DNA of 64,000 nucleotides from Pseudomonadota bacterium. GTDB taxonomy: Bacteria; Pseudomonadota; Alphaproteobacteria; Rhizobiales; Xanthobacteraceae. The notes beneath the pieces were generated by a model. It was not told where the DNA came from. It was given only the letters and a program-made list of their open reading frames with translations, and did not search any database. Both the position numbers and the translations under genes were made by a program. The DNA is taken from positions 31,735 through 95,734 of the forward strand of contig JAFECJ010000001.1 in NCBI GenBank assembly GCA_018242205.1, read 5' to 3'. This document shows positions 11,101-19,880 of the stretch, one piece after another (position 1 is the stretch's first letter; the number at the start of each line of letters is the position of its first letter).

Positions 11101-11596
11101 CCGCGAAGCGCGCGAGCGGCTGATGGCGTCGTTCCAGCAAGTCAACACCCACTTCCAGCAGTTGTTCACCAAGCTATTCAACGGCGGCACCGCGGAATTG
11201 CAGTTGATCGAGAGCGACGATCCGCTGGAAGCCGGCCTCGAAATCCTGGCCAAGCCTCCCGGCAAGAAGCCAGCCACATTGTCGCTCCTGTCGGGCGGCG
11301 AGCAGGCACTGACGGCGATGGCGCTGATCTTCGCGGTGTTCCTGACCAATCCTGCGCCCATCTGTGTACTGGACGAAGTCGACGCGCCGCTCGACGATCA
11401 CAACGTCGAACGCTTCTGCGACATGCTCGATGAAATGACACAATCTACCGATACTCGTTTTGTGATCATTACGCACAATCCGATTACCATGGCGCGCATG
11501 AACCGTTTGTTCGGCGTCACCATGGCGGAGCGTGGCGTGTCACAATTGGTTTCGGTCGATCTCGAGGCCGCCGTGCGCTTCCGCGAAGCCGGCTGA
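8144..11596 (+). CDS. smc: Chromosome segregation protein SMC
   Basis: Walker A GPNGCGKSN, DDVIFSG, long coiled coils, hinge, LLSGGEQALT signature, Walker B/D-loop LDEVDAPLD and ITHN. Confidence 0.97.
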   Translation: MILTRLRLLGFKTFVEPTDFVIEPGLTGVVGPNGCGKSNLVEALRWVMGENSYKSMRASSMDDVIFSGSNTRPARNNAEVAIMIDNAERSAPAQFNDTDMLEIARRIEREEGSSYRINGKEVRARDVQMVFADASTGARSPALVHQGRIGEIIQAKPEQRRRVLEEAAGVSGLHARRHEAELRLKAAETNLTRLEDVIGQLAGQMEALKKQAKQAIRYRTVSAQVRKTEATLYHLRWSAANVEQTEAETAKDLCVREVAARTGAQAEASTRQTELAATLPPLREAEARAGAALHRLNVAMQELEREEQRAKDRISELDKRLVQLGADSEREQKLVADADAAIARLAAEEDMIKAEAAESAGRRSGVDARVEEASSALAAAEKIFAELTAKLADLAAQRNQLEGAVRQHRDRASKVEAEMAEIAREIDTLQATDGPDLAALTQEVEDIQQALANAENAAIDAEAAHAAARAALEASRNPLTEAERRVQRLETEAKTLSKVLAVESKNLWPPVMDNITVDKGFEKALGAALGDDLDAPIDASAPMRWIGSTVDANDPRLPDGATPLSAHVRAPDELTRRLNQIGVVDKDAGARLVAQLKPGQRLVSPEGDLWRWDGFAAAAHAPTGAARRLAERARLAEIETELVMAKAEVETAKQTSEAAQAALQAAATAETETRNAARERQREVNAARDRHEAAEREVNRNAARLSALTEAQSRLTANHDEATAGIIQTEEALAALAPAADLETELAGVRDDIAGKRAHLAEVRAEQQAIVREAEIADRRLRQVGEEKAGWFQRQESARGQTETLVTRIEEAQRDRTELENAPQVFAEKREALISEVQLAEQDRRECADKLQEAENALAEADRDARSALEAASTAREELARAEERFEASKRRLTDIAREIHDMLEVEPQAVAALAELQEGEALPDLAEIEATLERLRRERERLGAVNLRAEEELVEVETQHTSLTTERDDLVEAIKKLRLGIQSLNREARERLMASFQQVNTHFQQLFTKLFNGGTAELQLIESDDPLEAGLEILAKPPGKKPATLSLLSGGEQALTAMALIFAVFLTNPAPICVLDEVDAPLDDHNVERFCDMLDEMTQSTDTRFVIITHNPITMARMNRLFGVTMAERGVSQLVSVDLEAAVRFREAG

Positions 11597-11615
11597 TTGT
11601 TTCTGATAATCTTCG

Positions 11616-11642
11616 GATCGGCGGTCTCCCGCCGATCTTTTG
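11616..11642 (+). terminator. Intrinsic terminator after smc
   Basis: gatcggcgg-tctc-ccgccgatc followed by a T-run. Confidence 0.8.
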
Positions 11643-11786
11643 TTACAAATACCACATATTAAACATTTGGTTGCGAGCGCGGTTCATACGCGTTGCGCGC
11701 AAAAAACATTTGGCAATCGCGCCTTTGGGCGATAGGACGCACACGCGTGCCAATGATGACCGCTTTATATGATGAAGGAATCTGGA

Positions 11787-11999
11787 ATGGCTAAGAAGCC
11801 CAAGTCCGCGAAGAAGACCAAGAGCGCCGTCAAGAAGATCCGGCGCAGGCCCTGGACCAATGAAGAGTACAAGACTCTGAAGGCGCATTCGAAGGCGCGC
11901 ACGCCCGTCGCCAAGATCGCCAAAGAACTCAAGCGCACGCCCGGTGCGCTGCGCCAGCAGGCCCTCAAGCTGAATATCGGCCTCGGCCACCAACGCTAG
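11787..11999 (+). CDS. Small very basic protein: Lys-rich N-tail plus Myb/SANT-like helix-turn-helix
   Basis: MAKKPKSAKKTKSAVKKIRRRPWTNEEYKTLK...PVAKIAKELKRTPGALRQQALKL; SD AAGGA 7 nt before ATG 11787. Confidence 0.75.
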   Translation: MAKKPKSAKKTKSAVKKIRRRPWTNEEYKTLKAHSKARTPVAKIAKELKRTPGALRQQALKLNIGLGHQR

Positions 12000-12075
12000 C
12001 ATTCAGGGGACCGCGTGGTGGCGGCCCCACCGCCACACCGCCCGCCTTACACCTTAAAAATTCCTGACCGGAGCC

Positions 12076-12100
12076 GGAACCAACCGGAGCAGCCGCGGTT
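12076..12100 (+). promoter_or_regulatory. EcfG/sigmaT-type promoter
   Basis: GGAAC-N16-GGTT in an intergenic region, immediately upstream of a terminator-ended structured RNA. Confidence 0.6.
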
Positions 12101-12106
12101 ATTGCC

Positions 12107-12191
12107 GTGTCTGTTCAGTCGGGCGGCTCCCCCTTACCCCCCGAATAGCCGTCTGGCTTAGGCCCCGAACCCACGGTTCGGGGCCTTTTTT
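12107..12191 (+). ncRNA. Candidate trans-acting sRNA with a C-rich loop (5' end approximate)
   Basis: 12-bp stem 12117-12128/12147-12158 with loop CCCCCUUACCCCCCGAAU, then an 11-bp terminator stem and U6; no credible ORF. Confidence 0.65.
12161..12191 (+). terminator. Intrinsic terminator
   Basis: ggccccgaacc-cac-ggttcggggcc-tttttt. Confidence 0.9.
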
Positions 12192-12247
12192 GTGATAAGA
12201 GGCTGCCATCGCTGCTTTTCCCGCCATGAGCAGGCCTTGTTCCGGTC

Positions 12248-12256
12248 TGCTATAAT
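12248..12256 (+). promoter_or_regulatory. Extended -10 element (TGnTATAAT) for lemA-htpX
   Basis: tgctataat 66 nt upstream of the lemA ATG. Confidence 0.45.
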
Positions 12257-12321
12257 GTCCGGGTTCCGCCTGACCTCACCTTCGGCTTTCCCCTCCGTCC
12301 GCCTTTCTGAGGAGCGCTTCC

Positions 12322-12885
12322 ATGTCCACCACCGGCTGGGTCGTTCTCGGCGTCATCGTCGTGATCGTGCTCTGGGCGATCTCTGTATACAATAGCCTCG
12401 TCGCCATGCGGCAACGGGTCAATCAGTCCTTCGCCGACATCGATGTCCAGCTCAAACAGCGTCACGATCTCATTCCGAATTTGGTCGAGACGGTGAAGGG
12501 CTATGCCGCTCACGAGCGCGGCACGCTGGAGGCCGTGGTGCAGGCCCGCAACACTGCCATCGCGGCGCCGGGCGTCGAGCAAAAGGTCGCGGCCGAAAAC
12601 ATGCTGAGCGGGGCGCTGCGCCAGTTGTTCGCTCTGTCGGAGAGCTATCCCAACCTCAAGGCCAACCAGAACTTCCAGCAGTTGCAATCCGACCTGTCGG
12701 ACATCGAGAACAAGCTCGCCGCCGCGCGTCGCTTCTTCAACAATGCGGTACAGGAATACAACACCGGCATCCAGCAGTTCCCGGCGGCGCTGTTCGCCGG
12801 CATGTTCGGCTTCCACGCACAGCAGTTCTTCGATCTCGGCGAAAGCCGCGCGCAGCTCGATCAGGCGCCGAGCGTAAAGTTCTGA
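12322..12885 (+). CDS. lemA: LemA family protein
   Basis: N-terminal TM, DIDVQLKQRHDLIPNLVETVKGYAAHE, ESYPNLKANQNF and RRFFNNAVQEYN. Confidence 0.95.
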   Translation: MSTTGWVVLGVIVVIVLWAISVYNSLVAMRQRVNQSFADIDVQLKQRHDLIPNLVETVKGYAAHERGTLEAVVQARNTAIAAPGVEQKVAAENMLSGALRQLFALSESYPNLKANQNFQQLQSDLSDIENKLAAARRFFNNAVQEYNTGIQQFPAALFAGMFGFHAQQFFDLGESRAQLDQAPSVKF

Positions 12886-12920
12886 TGATCCTGTCCAGGG
12901 GCGAGCGAGTATCCACAGCC

Positions 12921-12998
12921 GTCATGCCCGGCTTTATGCCGGGCATCCACGTTTTGCTTCCTTAAGGCGTCGATGGCCGGAACAAGTCCGGCCATGAC
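12921..12998. repeat. REP-like double-hairpin element between lemA and htpX
   Basis: gtcatgcccggctttatgccgggcatccacgt ... cgatggccggaacaagtccggccatgac. Confidence 0.85.
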
Positions 12999-13021
12999 GC
13001 CGCAGTGTGCAGCGCGGGACC

Positions 13022-14170
13022 ATGGCCGCCTACGGTCTCTACACCCACATCCAGTCGAACCGGCGACGGTCGATCGCGCTGCTGATCGGCCTGTTCATTC
13101 TTATCTATGTGCTAGTCTATGCCGGGGCGCTGCTCGCCGAAGTGATGAGCGTCGGCAACGCGCCGCTCGATTATCTCCTGCAAGCCGCAGCCTATGATTT
13201 CGTCAAGGCGGCTCCCTTCGCCACCATCGGCACCATCCTCTGGGTGGCGATCGCCTACAAATTTCACCAGTCGATGATCGACGCCGTCACCGGCGCCCAC
13301 CCGGTGACCCGCGCGGAAGAGCCGCGGCTCTACAATCTGCTCGAGAACCTGTGCATCTCGCGCGGCATCACCATGCCGACCTTGCGCATCGCCGACGACG
13401 ACGCGCTCAACGCCTTCGCCACCGGGCTCAACGAGAAGCAGTATTCGATCACGGTGACGCGCGGCCTGATGCAGGCGCTGAACGACCAGGAGATCGAGGC
13501 GGTGCTGGGCCACGAGCTCACGCACATCCGTAACGGCGACGTGCGCATGCTGGTGATCGCGGTGGTGATCGCCGGCGTCATCTCGTTCTTCGGCGAGATG
13601 GTGTTCCGGCTGTTCTTCCAGAACGCGTTCTACGGCGGTTTCGGCCGGCGCCGCGGCAGCGATGATCGTAAAGGCGGCGGCGCCGGCATCGCCATGCTCA
13701 TCGCCATCGCGCTGATCGTGGTCGCCTGGGTGCTGTCGATCGTCATCCGCTTCGCGCTGTCACGGCAACGCGAATATCTCGCCGATGCCGGCTCGGTCGA
13801 ACTGACCAAGAACCCCGATGCCATGATCTCGGCGCTGCGCAAGATCGAAAATCGCGGCGAGCTGGCGAGCGCCAATTCGGCTGTGATGGAGATGTGCGTC
13901 GACAATCCGCGCGAAGGCTTCGGCGACATCTTCGCCACACATCCGTCGGTCGACGCACGCGTCGCCGCGCTGGTGAAGTTCGCCGGCGGCCACGATCCAG
14001 GACCGCTGGCGATCGAACCGCCGGTCGAGGAAATAGCTTCGCCGCCGGGCGTCGCCGAACAAGGGCCATGGGGGACCGAGCCCCAGCCGCAACAACAACC
14101 GGGGCCGTGGGGCGCGCCGGGTGTTGATAATACCGTCGAAGGCGGACCGTGGGGCCCCAAACCGCGCTAG
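13022..14170 (+). CDS. htpX: M48 family Zn metalloprotease HtpX
   Basis: LYNLLENLC, NAFATG, HEXXH (GHELTHIRNGD), RQREYLADAGS and FATHPS; follows lemA. Confidence 0.93.
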   Translation: MAAYGLYTHIQSNRRRSIALLIGLFILIYVLVYAGALLAEVMSVGNAPLDYLLQAAAYDFVKAAPFATIGTILWVAIAYKFHQSMIDAVTGAHPVTRAEEPRLYNLLENLCISRGITMPTLRIADDDALNAFATGLNEKQYSITVTRGLMQALNDQEIEAVLGHELTHIRNGDVRMLVIAVVIAGVISFFGEMVFRLFFQNAFYGGFGRRRGSDDRKGGGAGIAMLIAIALIVVAWVLSIVIRFALSRQREYLADAGSVELTKNPDAMISALRKIENRGELASANSAVMEMCVDNPREGFGDIFATHPSVDARVAALVKFAGGHDPGPLAIEPPVEEIASPPGVAEQGPWGTEPQPQQQPGPWGAPGVDNTVEGGPWGPKPR

Positions 14171-14211
14171 ATCATAGCCGGTCTTTCACCGCATGCTGCC
14201 GGGGGCATTAA

Positions 14212-14808
14212 ATGGCGTGGCTCGAACCTGTTTCGCTCACGGGCACTCATGTCCGCCTCGAGCCGCTGTCGCCGGCTCACCGCGACGGCCTGACCGAAGC
14301 GGTCAAGGACGGCGAGCTCTGGAAGCTATGGTACACCGCCATTCCCTCCCCCGAGGGCATGGAAAAAGAAATCGACCGCCGGCTGGCCCTGCAACGGGCA
14401 GGTTCGATGCTGCCCTTCACCGTGTTCGACGCCGGCGGCGACGTCGCTGGCATGACGACGTACATGAATGTCGATGCCGCCAATCGCCGCGTCGAGATCG
14501 GCTCAACCTGGTACGCCAGGCGCGTCCAGCGCAGCCCGCTCAACACCGAGGCCAAGCTTCTGTTATTGACGCACGCCTTCGAGCGGCTGGACTGCATCGC
14601 CGTCGAATTCCGCACGCATTTTTTTAATCACCAGAGCCGGCGCGCAATCGAACGGCTGGGCGCCAAGCTCGACGGCATCCTGCGCAGCCATCAGATCGGT
14701 CATAACGGCACAATGCGCGACACCGCCGTCTACAGCATCATCGCGTCCGAATGGCCGACCGTGCGGCAGCATTTGTCGTTCGCGCTGACGCGAGCACCGC
14801 GAGGCTAA
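14212..14808 (+). CDS. GNAT N-acetyltransferase (RimJ/RimL-like)
   Basis: [40 protein letters not shown] and RDTAVYSII. Confidence 0.9.
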   Translation: MAWLEPVSLTGTHVRLEPLSPAHRDGLTEAVKDGELWKLWYTAIPSPEGMEKEIDRRLALQRAGSMLPFTVFDAGGDVAGMTTYMNVDAANRRVEIGSTWYARRVQRSPLNTEAKLLLLTHAFERLDCIAVEFRTHFFNHQSRRAIERLGAKLDGILRSHQIGHNGTMRDTAVYSIIASEWPTVRQHLSFALTRAPRG

Positions 14809-15353
14809 TGCCCTTCGAATGCCACCAGGGTCCGCACCGGCACACCGAGCTTGCGTAGTTTCTCGGCGCCGCCGAGATCCGGCAGGTCGATGACGAAGCA
14901 CGCAGCCAGCACTTCGGCACCGAGCTGCTGCAACAGCTTGACCGCCGCTTCCGCGGTGCCGCCGGTGGCGATCAGGTCGTCGACCAGCACCACCTTCTCG
15001 CCCTTGATCAGCGCGTCGGCATGGACCTCGATCTCGTCCTCGCCGTATTCCAGCGCATAGGTCATGCTCACCCTTTTGTGGGGCAGCTTTCCCTTCTTGC
15101 GGATCGGCACGAAGCCGGCCGACACCTGGTGCGCCACCGCGCCGCCGAGGATGAAGCCGCGGGCCTCGATGCCGGCGACCTTGTCGATCTTGGCGCCGGC
15201 CCAGGGCTGCACCAGTTCGTCGACGGTGCGGCGGAACGCGCGGGCATCGCCCAGGAGCGTAGTGATGTCGCGAAACACGATTCCCGGCTTCGGATAATCC
15301 GGAATCGAGCGGACGGTATCGCGCAAGTCGCTGCGTATGTCGGGAGCGTTCAT
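14805..15353 (-). CDS. apt: Adenine phosphoribosyltransferase
   Basis: [42 protein letters not shown] and [12 protein letters not shown]. Confidence 0.96.
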   Translation of the reverse strand: MNAPDIRSDLRDTVRSIPDYPKPGIVFRDITTLLGDARAFRRTVDELVQPWAGAKIDKVAGIEARGFILGGAVAHQVSAGFVPIRKKGKLPHKRVSMTYALEYGEDEIEVHADALIKGEKVVLVDDLIATGGTAEAAVKLLQQLGAEVLAACFVIDLPDLGGAEKLRKLGVPVRTLVAFEGH

Positions 15354-15413
15354 GATGGCCTTTCGGTCAGGCAAGAGATCGAACCGAACCAACAATTGAC
15401 GGTTGAAGCATGT

Positions 15414-16289
15414 CTAAACCTTGAGCACGCGGCCGGCAACCGCGTCGAGTTTCCTCATCAGTTCCGGATCGCGCGCTTCCGGTTGCGTGATCAACGCATT
15501 GTCGAGCGCGCGGTCGGAGCCGATCGGGCACGGCTCGTGTTCGCGCGGGAATTCACGCGCCAGCCGCGACACCAAACGCTTGGCGCGGTCGGCATTGTCG
15601 ACCAGCACGGCGACAATGTCGGCAACCGTGACGGCATCGTGATCGGGGTGCCAGCAGTCGAAGTCGGTGACCATGGCGACCGTCGCGTAACAAATTTCCG
15701 CTTCACGGGCGAGTTTGGCTTCCGGCATGTTGGTCATGCCGATCACCGAATAGCCAAGCTGTTTGTAGGTCATGCTCTCGGCATAAGTCGAGAATTGCGG
15801 CCCTTCCATGCAGACATAAGTGCCATCGAGCTTCGGCTCGATGCCCTCCTTCAGCGCCGCCTCGGCGATGCGCGCGCGCAGCCGTGGCGCCACCGGATGC
15901 GCCATGGACACGTGCGCGACCAAGCCCTTGCCGAAAAAAGAGCTTTCACGCCTGTGCGTGCGATCGACGAACTGATCGACCAGCACGAAGGTGCCCGGCG
16001 GCATGTCCTCGCGGAACGAGCCGCAGGCCGACAACGACACCAGATCTGTGACGCCGACGCGCTTCATGGCGTCAATATTGGCGCGGTAGTTGATGTCCGA
16101 CGGCGACAGCCGGTGACCCTTGTCGTGGCGCGCCAGAAACACCACCGGCAGGCCATCGACGTCGCCGATGCGCAACGCGCCGGAGGGTTCCCCCCATGGC
16201 GAGGCCACGCGCTCCTCGCGGACGTTCTGGAGGCCGGGAAGATCGTAGATGCCCGATCCGCCGATAATGCCGAGAACTGCTTTGCTCAT
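15414..16289 (-). CDS. mtnP: S-methyl-5'-thioadenosine phosphorylase
   Basis: LGIIGGSG, FLARHDKGH, INYRANI, EGPQFSTYAES, GMTNMPEAKLAREAEICY and VTDFDCW. Confidence 0.95.
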   Translation of the reverse strand: MSKAVLGIIGGSGIYDLPGLQNVREERVASPWGEPSGALRIGDVDGLPVVFLARHDKGHRLSPSDINYRANIDAMKRVGVTDLVSLSACGSFREDMPPGTFVLVDQFVDRTHRRESSFFGKGLVAHVSMAHPVAPRLRARIAEAALKEGIEPKLDGTYVCMEGPQFSTYAESMTYKQLGYSVIGMTNMPEAKLAREAEICYATVAMVTDFDCWHPDHDAVTVADIVAVLVDNADRAKRLVSRLAREFPREHEPCPIGSDRALDNALITQPEARDPELMRKLDAVAGRVLKV

Positions 16290-16313
16290 GCAAAACCCTT
16301 GCTGATCCGGTCG

Positions 16314-16411
16314 GTCCGGGACGCGACAAGCAACTGAGCCCGGAATCCATACGCCGAAGCGGTGGGTTATGGATTCCGGCCACGGAAACCCCGGGGCGCG
16401 CCCGGAATGAC
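16314..16411. repeat. REP-like element (second subfamily) upstream of mtnP
   Basis: gagcccggaatccata ... tatggattccgg ... cgcccggaatgac inverted arms. Confidence 0.7.
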
Positions 16412-16454
16412 GGAGAGAATTACAAGGCCAGCCTACATCAACAAGCCCCAAAAC

Positions 16455-16478
16455 AAAGGGCCCGACAAGGGGCCCTTT
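16455..16478 (-). terminator. Terminator after petC
   Basis: aaagggccc-N6-gggcccttt with an A-run on the + strand, which is a U-tract on the - strand. Confidence 0.75.
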
Positions 16479-16501
16479 GAACGCTGTTCGATCGCCCGGC
16501 T

Positions 16502-17329
16502 TTAATGCACCGCCGACCACACCTTCTTCTTGGTGAAGTACAGGAGGCCGGTGAGCACGATCAGGAAGATCATGACCTGGAAACCAATGCGCTTGCGCTG
16601 AACCATATGCGGTTCCGAAGCCCAGACCATGAAGGCCGCGACGTCGTGCGAATATTGCTCCAGCGTCTGCGGCGAGCCGTCGTCATAGGTCACCTGACCG
16701 TCGGTCAGCGGCGGCGGCATGGCGATGACGTGGCCGGGGAAGTACTTGTTATAATGACCGCCGGCCGGCACCGTGAAGCCCTTCGGCGCTTCCTCATAGC
16801 CGGTCAGGATGGCGTGGATGTAATCCGGGCCCTGCTCCTGATACTGGCTGAAGATGTCGAACACGAACCACGGGAAGCCGCGCTCGTAGGTGCGCGCCTT
16901 GGCCAAAGTCGAGAAGTCCGGCGGGGCGACGCCATTGGCGGCAGCGGCAGCGGCCGCGTTCGGGAACGGCGCCGGGAAGGTATCGGCCGGACGGCCCGGG
17001 CGCTCGATCGGCTGACCCTTGTCGTCGAGATCCGCGATCTTGTACTCGGATGCCAGGGCCTCGACCTGCGCTTCGCTGAAGCCGGGACCGCCCGGCTCGG
17101 CGAGGTTGCGGAACGACACCAGGCTCATCGAGTGGCAGCTCGAGCAGACTTCCTTGTAGATCTTGAAGCCACGCTGCAGCTGCGCCTGATCGAAGTTGCC
17201 GAACGGGCCGGCGAAGCTCCATTTCTGCGCCGGCGGCTTCGGGGCCGCATGCTCCTGGGCCTGCGCGGCGCCGACGGCGCCGAGCGAGGCGGCCAGAGCA
17301 AGAGCGATGAAAGTGCGATGCATCGTCAT
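16502..17329 (-). CDS. petC: Cytochrome c1 (bc1 complex)
   Basis: Signal peptide, QLQRGFKIYKEVCSSCHSM (CXXCH), PPDFSTLAKAR, IAMPPPL and a C-terminal TM; the upstream 398 codons of the track ORF are a shadow frame of petB. Confidence 0.95.
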   Translation of the reverse strand: MTMHRTFIALALAASLGAVGAAQAQEHAAPKPPAQKWSFAGPFGNFDQAQLQRGFKIYKEVCSSCHSMSLVSFRNLAEPGGPGFSEAQVEALASEYKIADLDDKGQPIERPGRPADTFPAPFPNAAAAAAANGVAPPDFSTLAKARTYERGFPWFVFDIFSQYQEQGPDYIHAILTGYEEAPKGFTVPAGGHYNKYFPGHVIAMPPPLTDGQVTYDDGSPQTLEQYSHDVAAFMVWASEPHMVQRKRIGFQVMIFLIVLTGLLYFTKKKVWSAVH

Positions 17330-17343
17330 GGTCGTTTCCCCGC

Positions 17344-18567
17344 TCAGGCCTTGCTCAACACCGACTCGGAAATCGAGTTGGGCAGCGGCTTGGTCTTCTC
17401 GAAGATACCGAGCAGCGGCAGAACGATGATGAAGTGCGCGAAGTAGTAGAACGTCAGAACCCGCGCGATGGTGACGTAGATGCCTTCCGCCGGCATGGCG
17501 CCGAGATAACCCAGCCCGATGCAGACCGCGAAGAACAGCCAGAAGAACTGGCGGAACAGCGGACGGTAGCGCGCCGAACGCACCTTCGAAGTGTCGAGCC
17601 ACGGCAGGAAGGCCAGGATCAGGATCGAGCCGAACAGCGCGCAGACGCCGAGCAGCTTGTTCGGGATGGCGCGCAGGATCGCATAGAACGGCAGGTAGTA
17701 CCATTCGGGCACGATGTGCTGCGGCGTCACCGCCGGATTGGCCGGGATGTAGTTGTCGGCGTGGCCGAGGAAGTTCGGCGTGTAGAACACGAACCACGCG
17801 AAGATGATGCAGAACACGGCGATGAAGAAGCCGTCCTTGACCGTCGCGTAGGGCGTGAACGGCACCGTGTCCTTGTCGGACTTGGGCTCGATGCCGGCCG
17901 GGTTGTTCTGGCCGGCGACGTGCAGCGCCCAGACGTGCAGCACGACCACGCCGGCGATCACGAACGGCAGCAGGTAGTGCAGCGAGTAGAAGCGGTTGAG
18001 CGTCGGGTTGCCGACGGCGTAGCCGCCCCACAGCCAGGTCACGATCGCTTCGCCGACGCCGGGAATGGCGGAGAAGAAGTTGGTGATGACGGTGGCGCCC
18101 CAGAAGCTCATCTGGCCCCACGGCAGCGTGTAGCCGAGGAAGCCGGTCGCCATCATCAGAAGGTAGATGATGACGCCGAGGATCCAGAGAACCTCGCGCG
18201 GCTCCTTGTAGGAGCCGTAGTACATGCCGCGGAAGATGTGGATGTACACGGCGATGAAGAACATCGACGCGCCGTTCGAGTGCAGGTAGCGCAGCAGCCA
18301 CCCGTAGTTGACGTCGCGCATGATGCCTTCGACCGACTTGAAGGCGAGATCGACGTGCGGCGTGTAGTGCATCGCCAGCACGATACCGGTGATGATCTGC
18401 ACACCCAGCATGAACGACAGGATGCCGCCGAAGGTCCACCAGTAGTTGAGGTTCTTCGGCGTCGGGTAAGCGACGAAAGACGAATGAATGAGACCGCCAA
18501 TCGGCAGCCGCTTCTCGAACCACTGCAGAAATGCATTCTGCGGCTGGTAAGTCGAGTGTCCGCTCAT
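17344..18567 (-). CDS. petB: Cytochrome b (bc1 complex)
   Basis: [45 protein letters not shown] motif; start MSGHSTY at 18567. Confidence 0.97.
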   Translation of the reverse strand: MSGHSTYQPQNAFLQWFEKRLPIGGLIHSSFVAYPTPKNLNYWWTFGGILSFMLGVQIITGIVLAMHYTPHVDLAFKSVEGIMRDVNYGWLLRYLHSNGASMFFIAVYIHIFRGMYYGSYKEPREVLWILGVIIYLLMMATGFLGYTLPWGQMSFWGATVITNFFSAIPGVGEAIVTWLWGGYAVGNPTLNRFYSLHYLLPFVIAGVVVLHVWALHVAGQNNPAGIEPKSDKDTVPFTPYATVKDGFFIAVFCIIFAWFVFYTPNFLGHADNYIPANPAVTPQHIVPEWYYLPFYAILRAIPNKLLGVCALFGSILILAFLPWLDTSKVRSARYRPLFRQFFWLFFAVCIGLGYLGAMPAEGIYVTIARVLTFYYFAHFIIVLPLLGIFEKTKPLPNSISESVLSKA

Positions 18568-18599
18568 GATCGAACCTTCAAAGAATGAACCGTTACGGA

Positions 18600-19127
18600 T
18601 CAGCCGATCCGGATGCGGGTGTCGGAAACGAATTGATAGGGCGGCAGCACGAGATTCTTCGGTGCCGGGCCTTTGCGGATGCGCCCGGCGGTGTCGTACT
18701 GCGAACCGTGGCACGGGCAGAACCAGCCGTGATACTCGCCTTCATGGGCGATCGGGATGCAGCCGAGATGGGTGCAGATACCGATCACGACCAGCCAGGG
18801 CTCGTGGCCCGGCTTGGTGCGCTGAGCATCGCTTTCCGGGTCCGGCAGCGTGGCGACATCGACGTTCTTGGCCTCGTCGATCTCTTTCTGCGTCCGGTGG
18901 AAGATGAAGATCGGCTTCGAACGCCAGAACACCTTGATGATCTGGCCGTCGGCGACCGGCGCCAAGTCGACCTCGATCGGCGCACCGGCCGCGATGGTCG
19001 AGGCGTCCGGGTTCATCTGGGTGATGAGCGGCACCAGTGTCGCTGCCGCACCAACCGCAGCAACAGAACCTGTAGCGATGTAAAGAAAATCGCGGCGCGT
19101 GTGCTCCGCAGAAGGCACGGTCGTCAC
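18600..19127 (-). CDS. petA: Rieske iron-sulfur protein (bc1 complex)
   Basis: GTG start, Tat RRDFL, CTHLGC and CPCHGS Rieske motifs. Confidence 0.96.
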   Translation of the reverse strand: MTTVPSAEHTRRDFLYIATGSVAAVGAAATLVPLITQMNPDASTIAAGAPIEVDLAPVADGQIIKVFWRSKPIFIFHRTQKEIDEAKNVDVATLPDPESDAQRTKPGHEPWLVVIGICTHLGCIPIAHEGEYHGWFCPCHGSQYDTAGRIRKGPAPKNLVLPPYQFVSDTRIRIG

Positions 19128-19385
19128 GTCTGAACCCTCTCCCCCGGCTTGGTGTTCCGCCCGTGGTCGGAGCCTCCGGGAAGGGCTTCCCTGAATGCTG
19201 CGGGGCGGACCGGCATCGCGCGGCCCCCCGATTGTGGCAGGACGGCGATTTCGAAGCGTTCTATTGGCACCCTTGTGGTGCGAGCGCAAGCCCGCTATCG
19301 GGCCAGCCGGCCGGCCCTGCACAAATCGTTCGTCTAGAGTGGTTTAGGGGCCGTTCGGAGGCTCACTGTCAACAAGGTCCCGCCG

Positions 19386-19847
19386 ATGCGGCTCGCGCTT
19401 TACGAACCCGATATCCCGCAGAATACCGGCACGATTCTACGGGCCTGCGCCTGCCTCGGCATCGAAGCCCACATCGTCGAGCCGGCCGGGTTTCCGGTAA
19501 CGGACCGCGCTTTCCGCCGGGCCGGGATGGACTACCTCGACCGGCTCGCCATCGTCCGCCATGCCTCCTTCACCGACTTCGAGGTTTGGCGCCGTGCCGA
19601 GGGACTGCGCCTGGTGCTCATGACCACCGCGGCCGAGCAGTCCTATCTCGACCACCGGTTCGCCGACGACCAGGTCATCATGGTCGGCCGCGAAAGCGCC
19701 GGCGTACCGGACGCCGTGCACCAGGCCGCCGACGTCCGGCTGCGCATCCCGATCCGGGACGGATTCCGCTCGCTCAATATCGCAGTCGCAACCGCCATGG
19801 TTGCCGGCGAGGCGCTGCGCCAGGCTGGCGACCTGCCCCCGGCGTAG
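19386..19847 (+). CDS. trmL: tRNA (cytidine/uridine-34 2'-O)-methyltransferase TrmL
   Basis: LYEPDIPQNTGTILR, FRRAGMDY, GRESAGVP and RSLNIAVA SPOUT motifs. Confidence 0.92.
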   Translation: MRLALYEPDIPQNTGTILRACACLGIEAHIVEPAGFPVTDRAFRRAGMDYLDRLAIVRHASFTDFEVWRRAEGLRLVLMTTAAEQSYLDHRFADDQVIMVGRESAGVPDAVHQAADVRLRIPIRDGFRSLNIAVATAMVAGEALRQAGDLPPA

Positions 19848-19880
19848 AATTTCGGCCGGCAAGCGGATAAGCCTGCCTGC

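Noticed and set aside
16502-18523. petC frame stays open for about 400 codons upstream through petB, suggesting a frameshift-made cytochrome b-c1 fusion like Bradyrhizobium FbcH
   Set aside because: In high-GC3 genes this alternate frame is naturally stop-poor; petB has its own stop (17344) and petC its own SD and ATG; I found no slippery heptamer near the petB end
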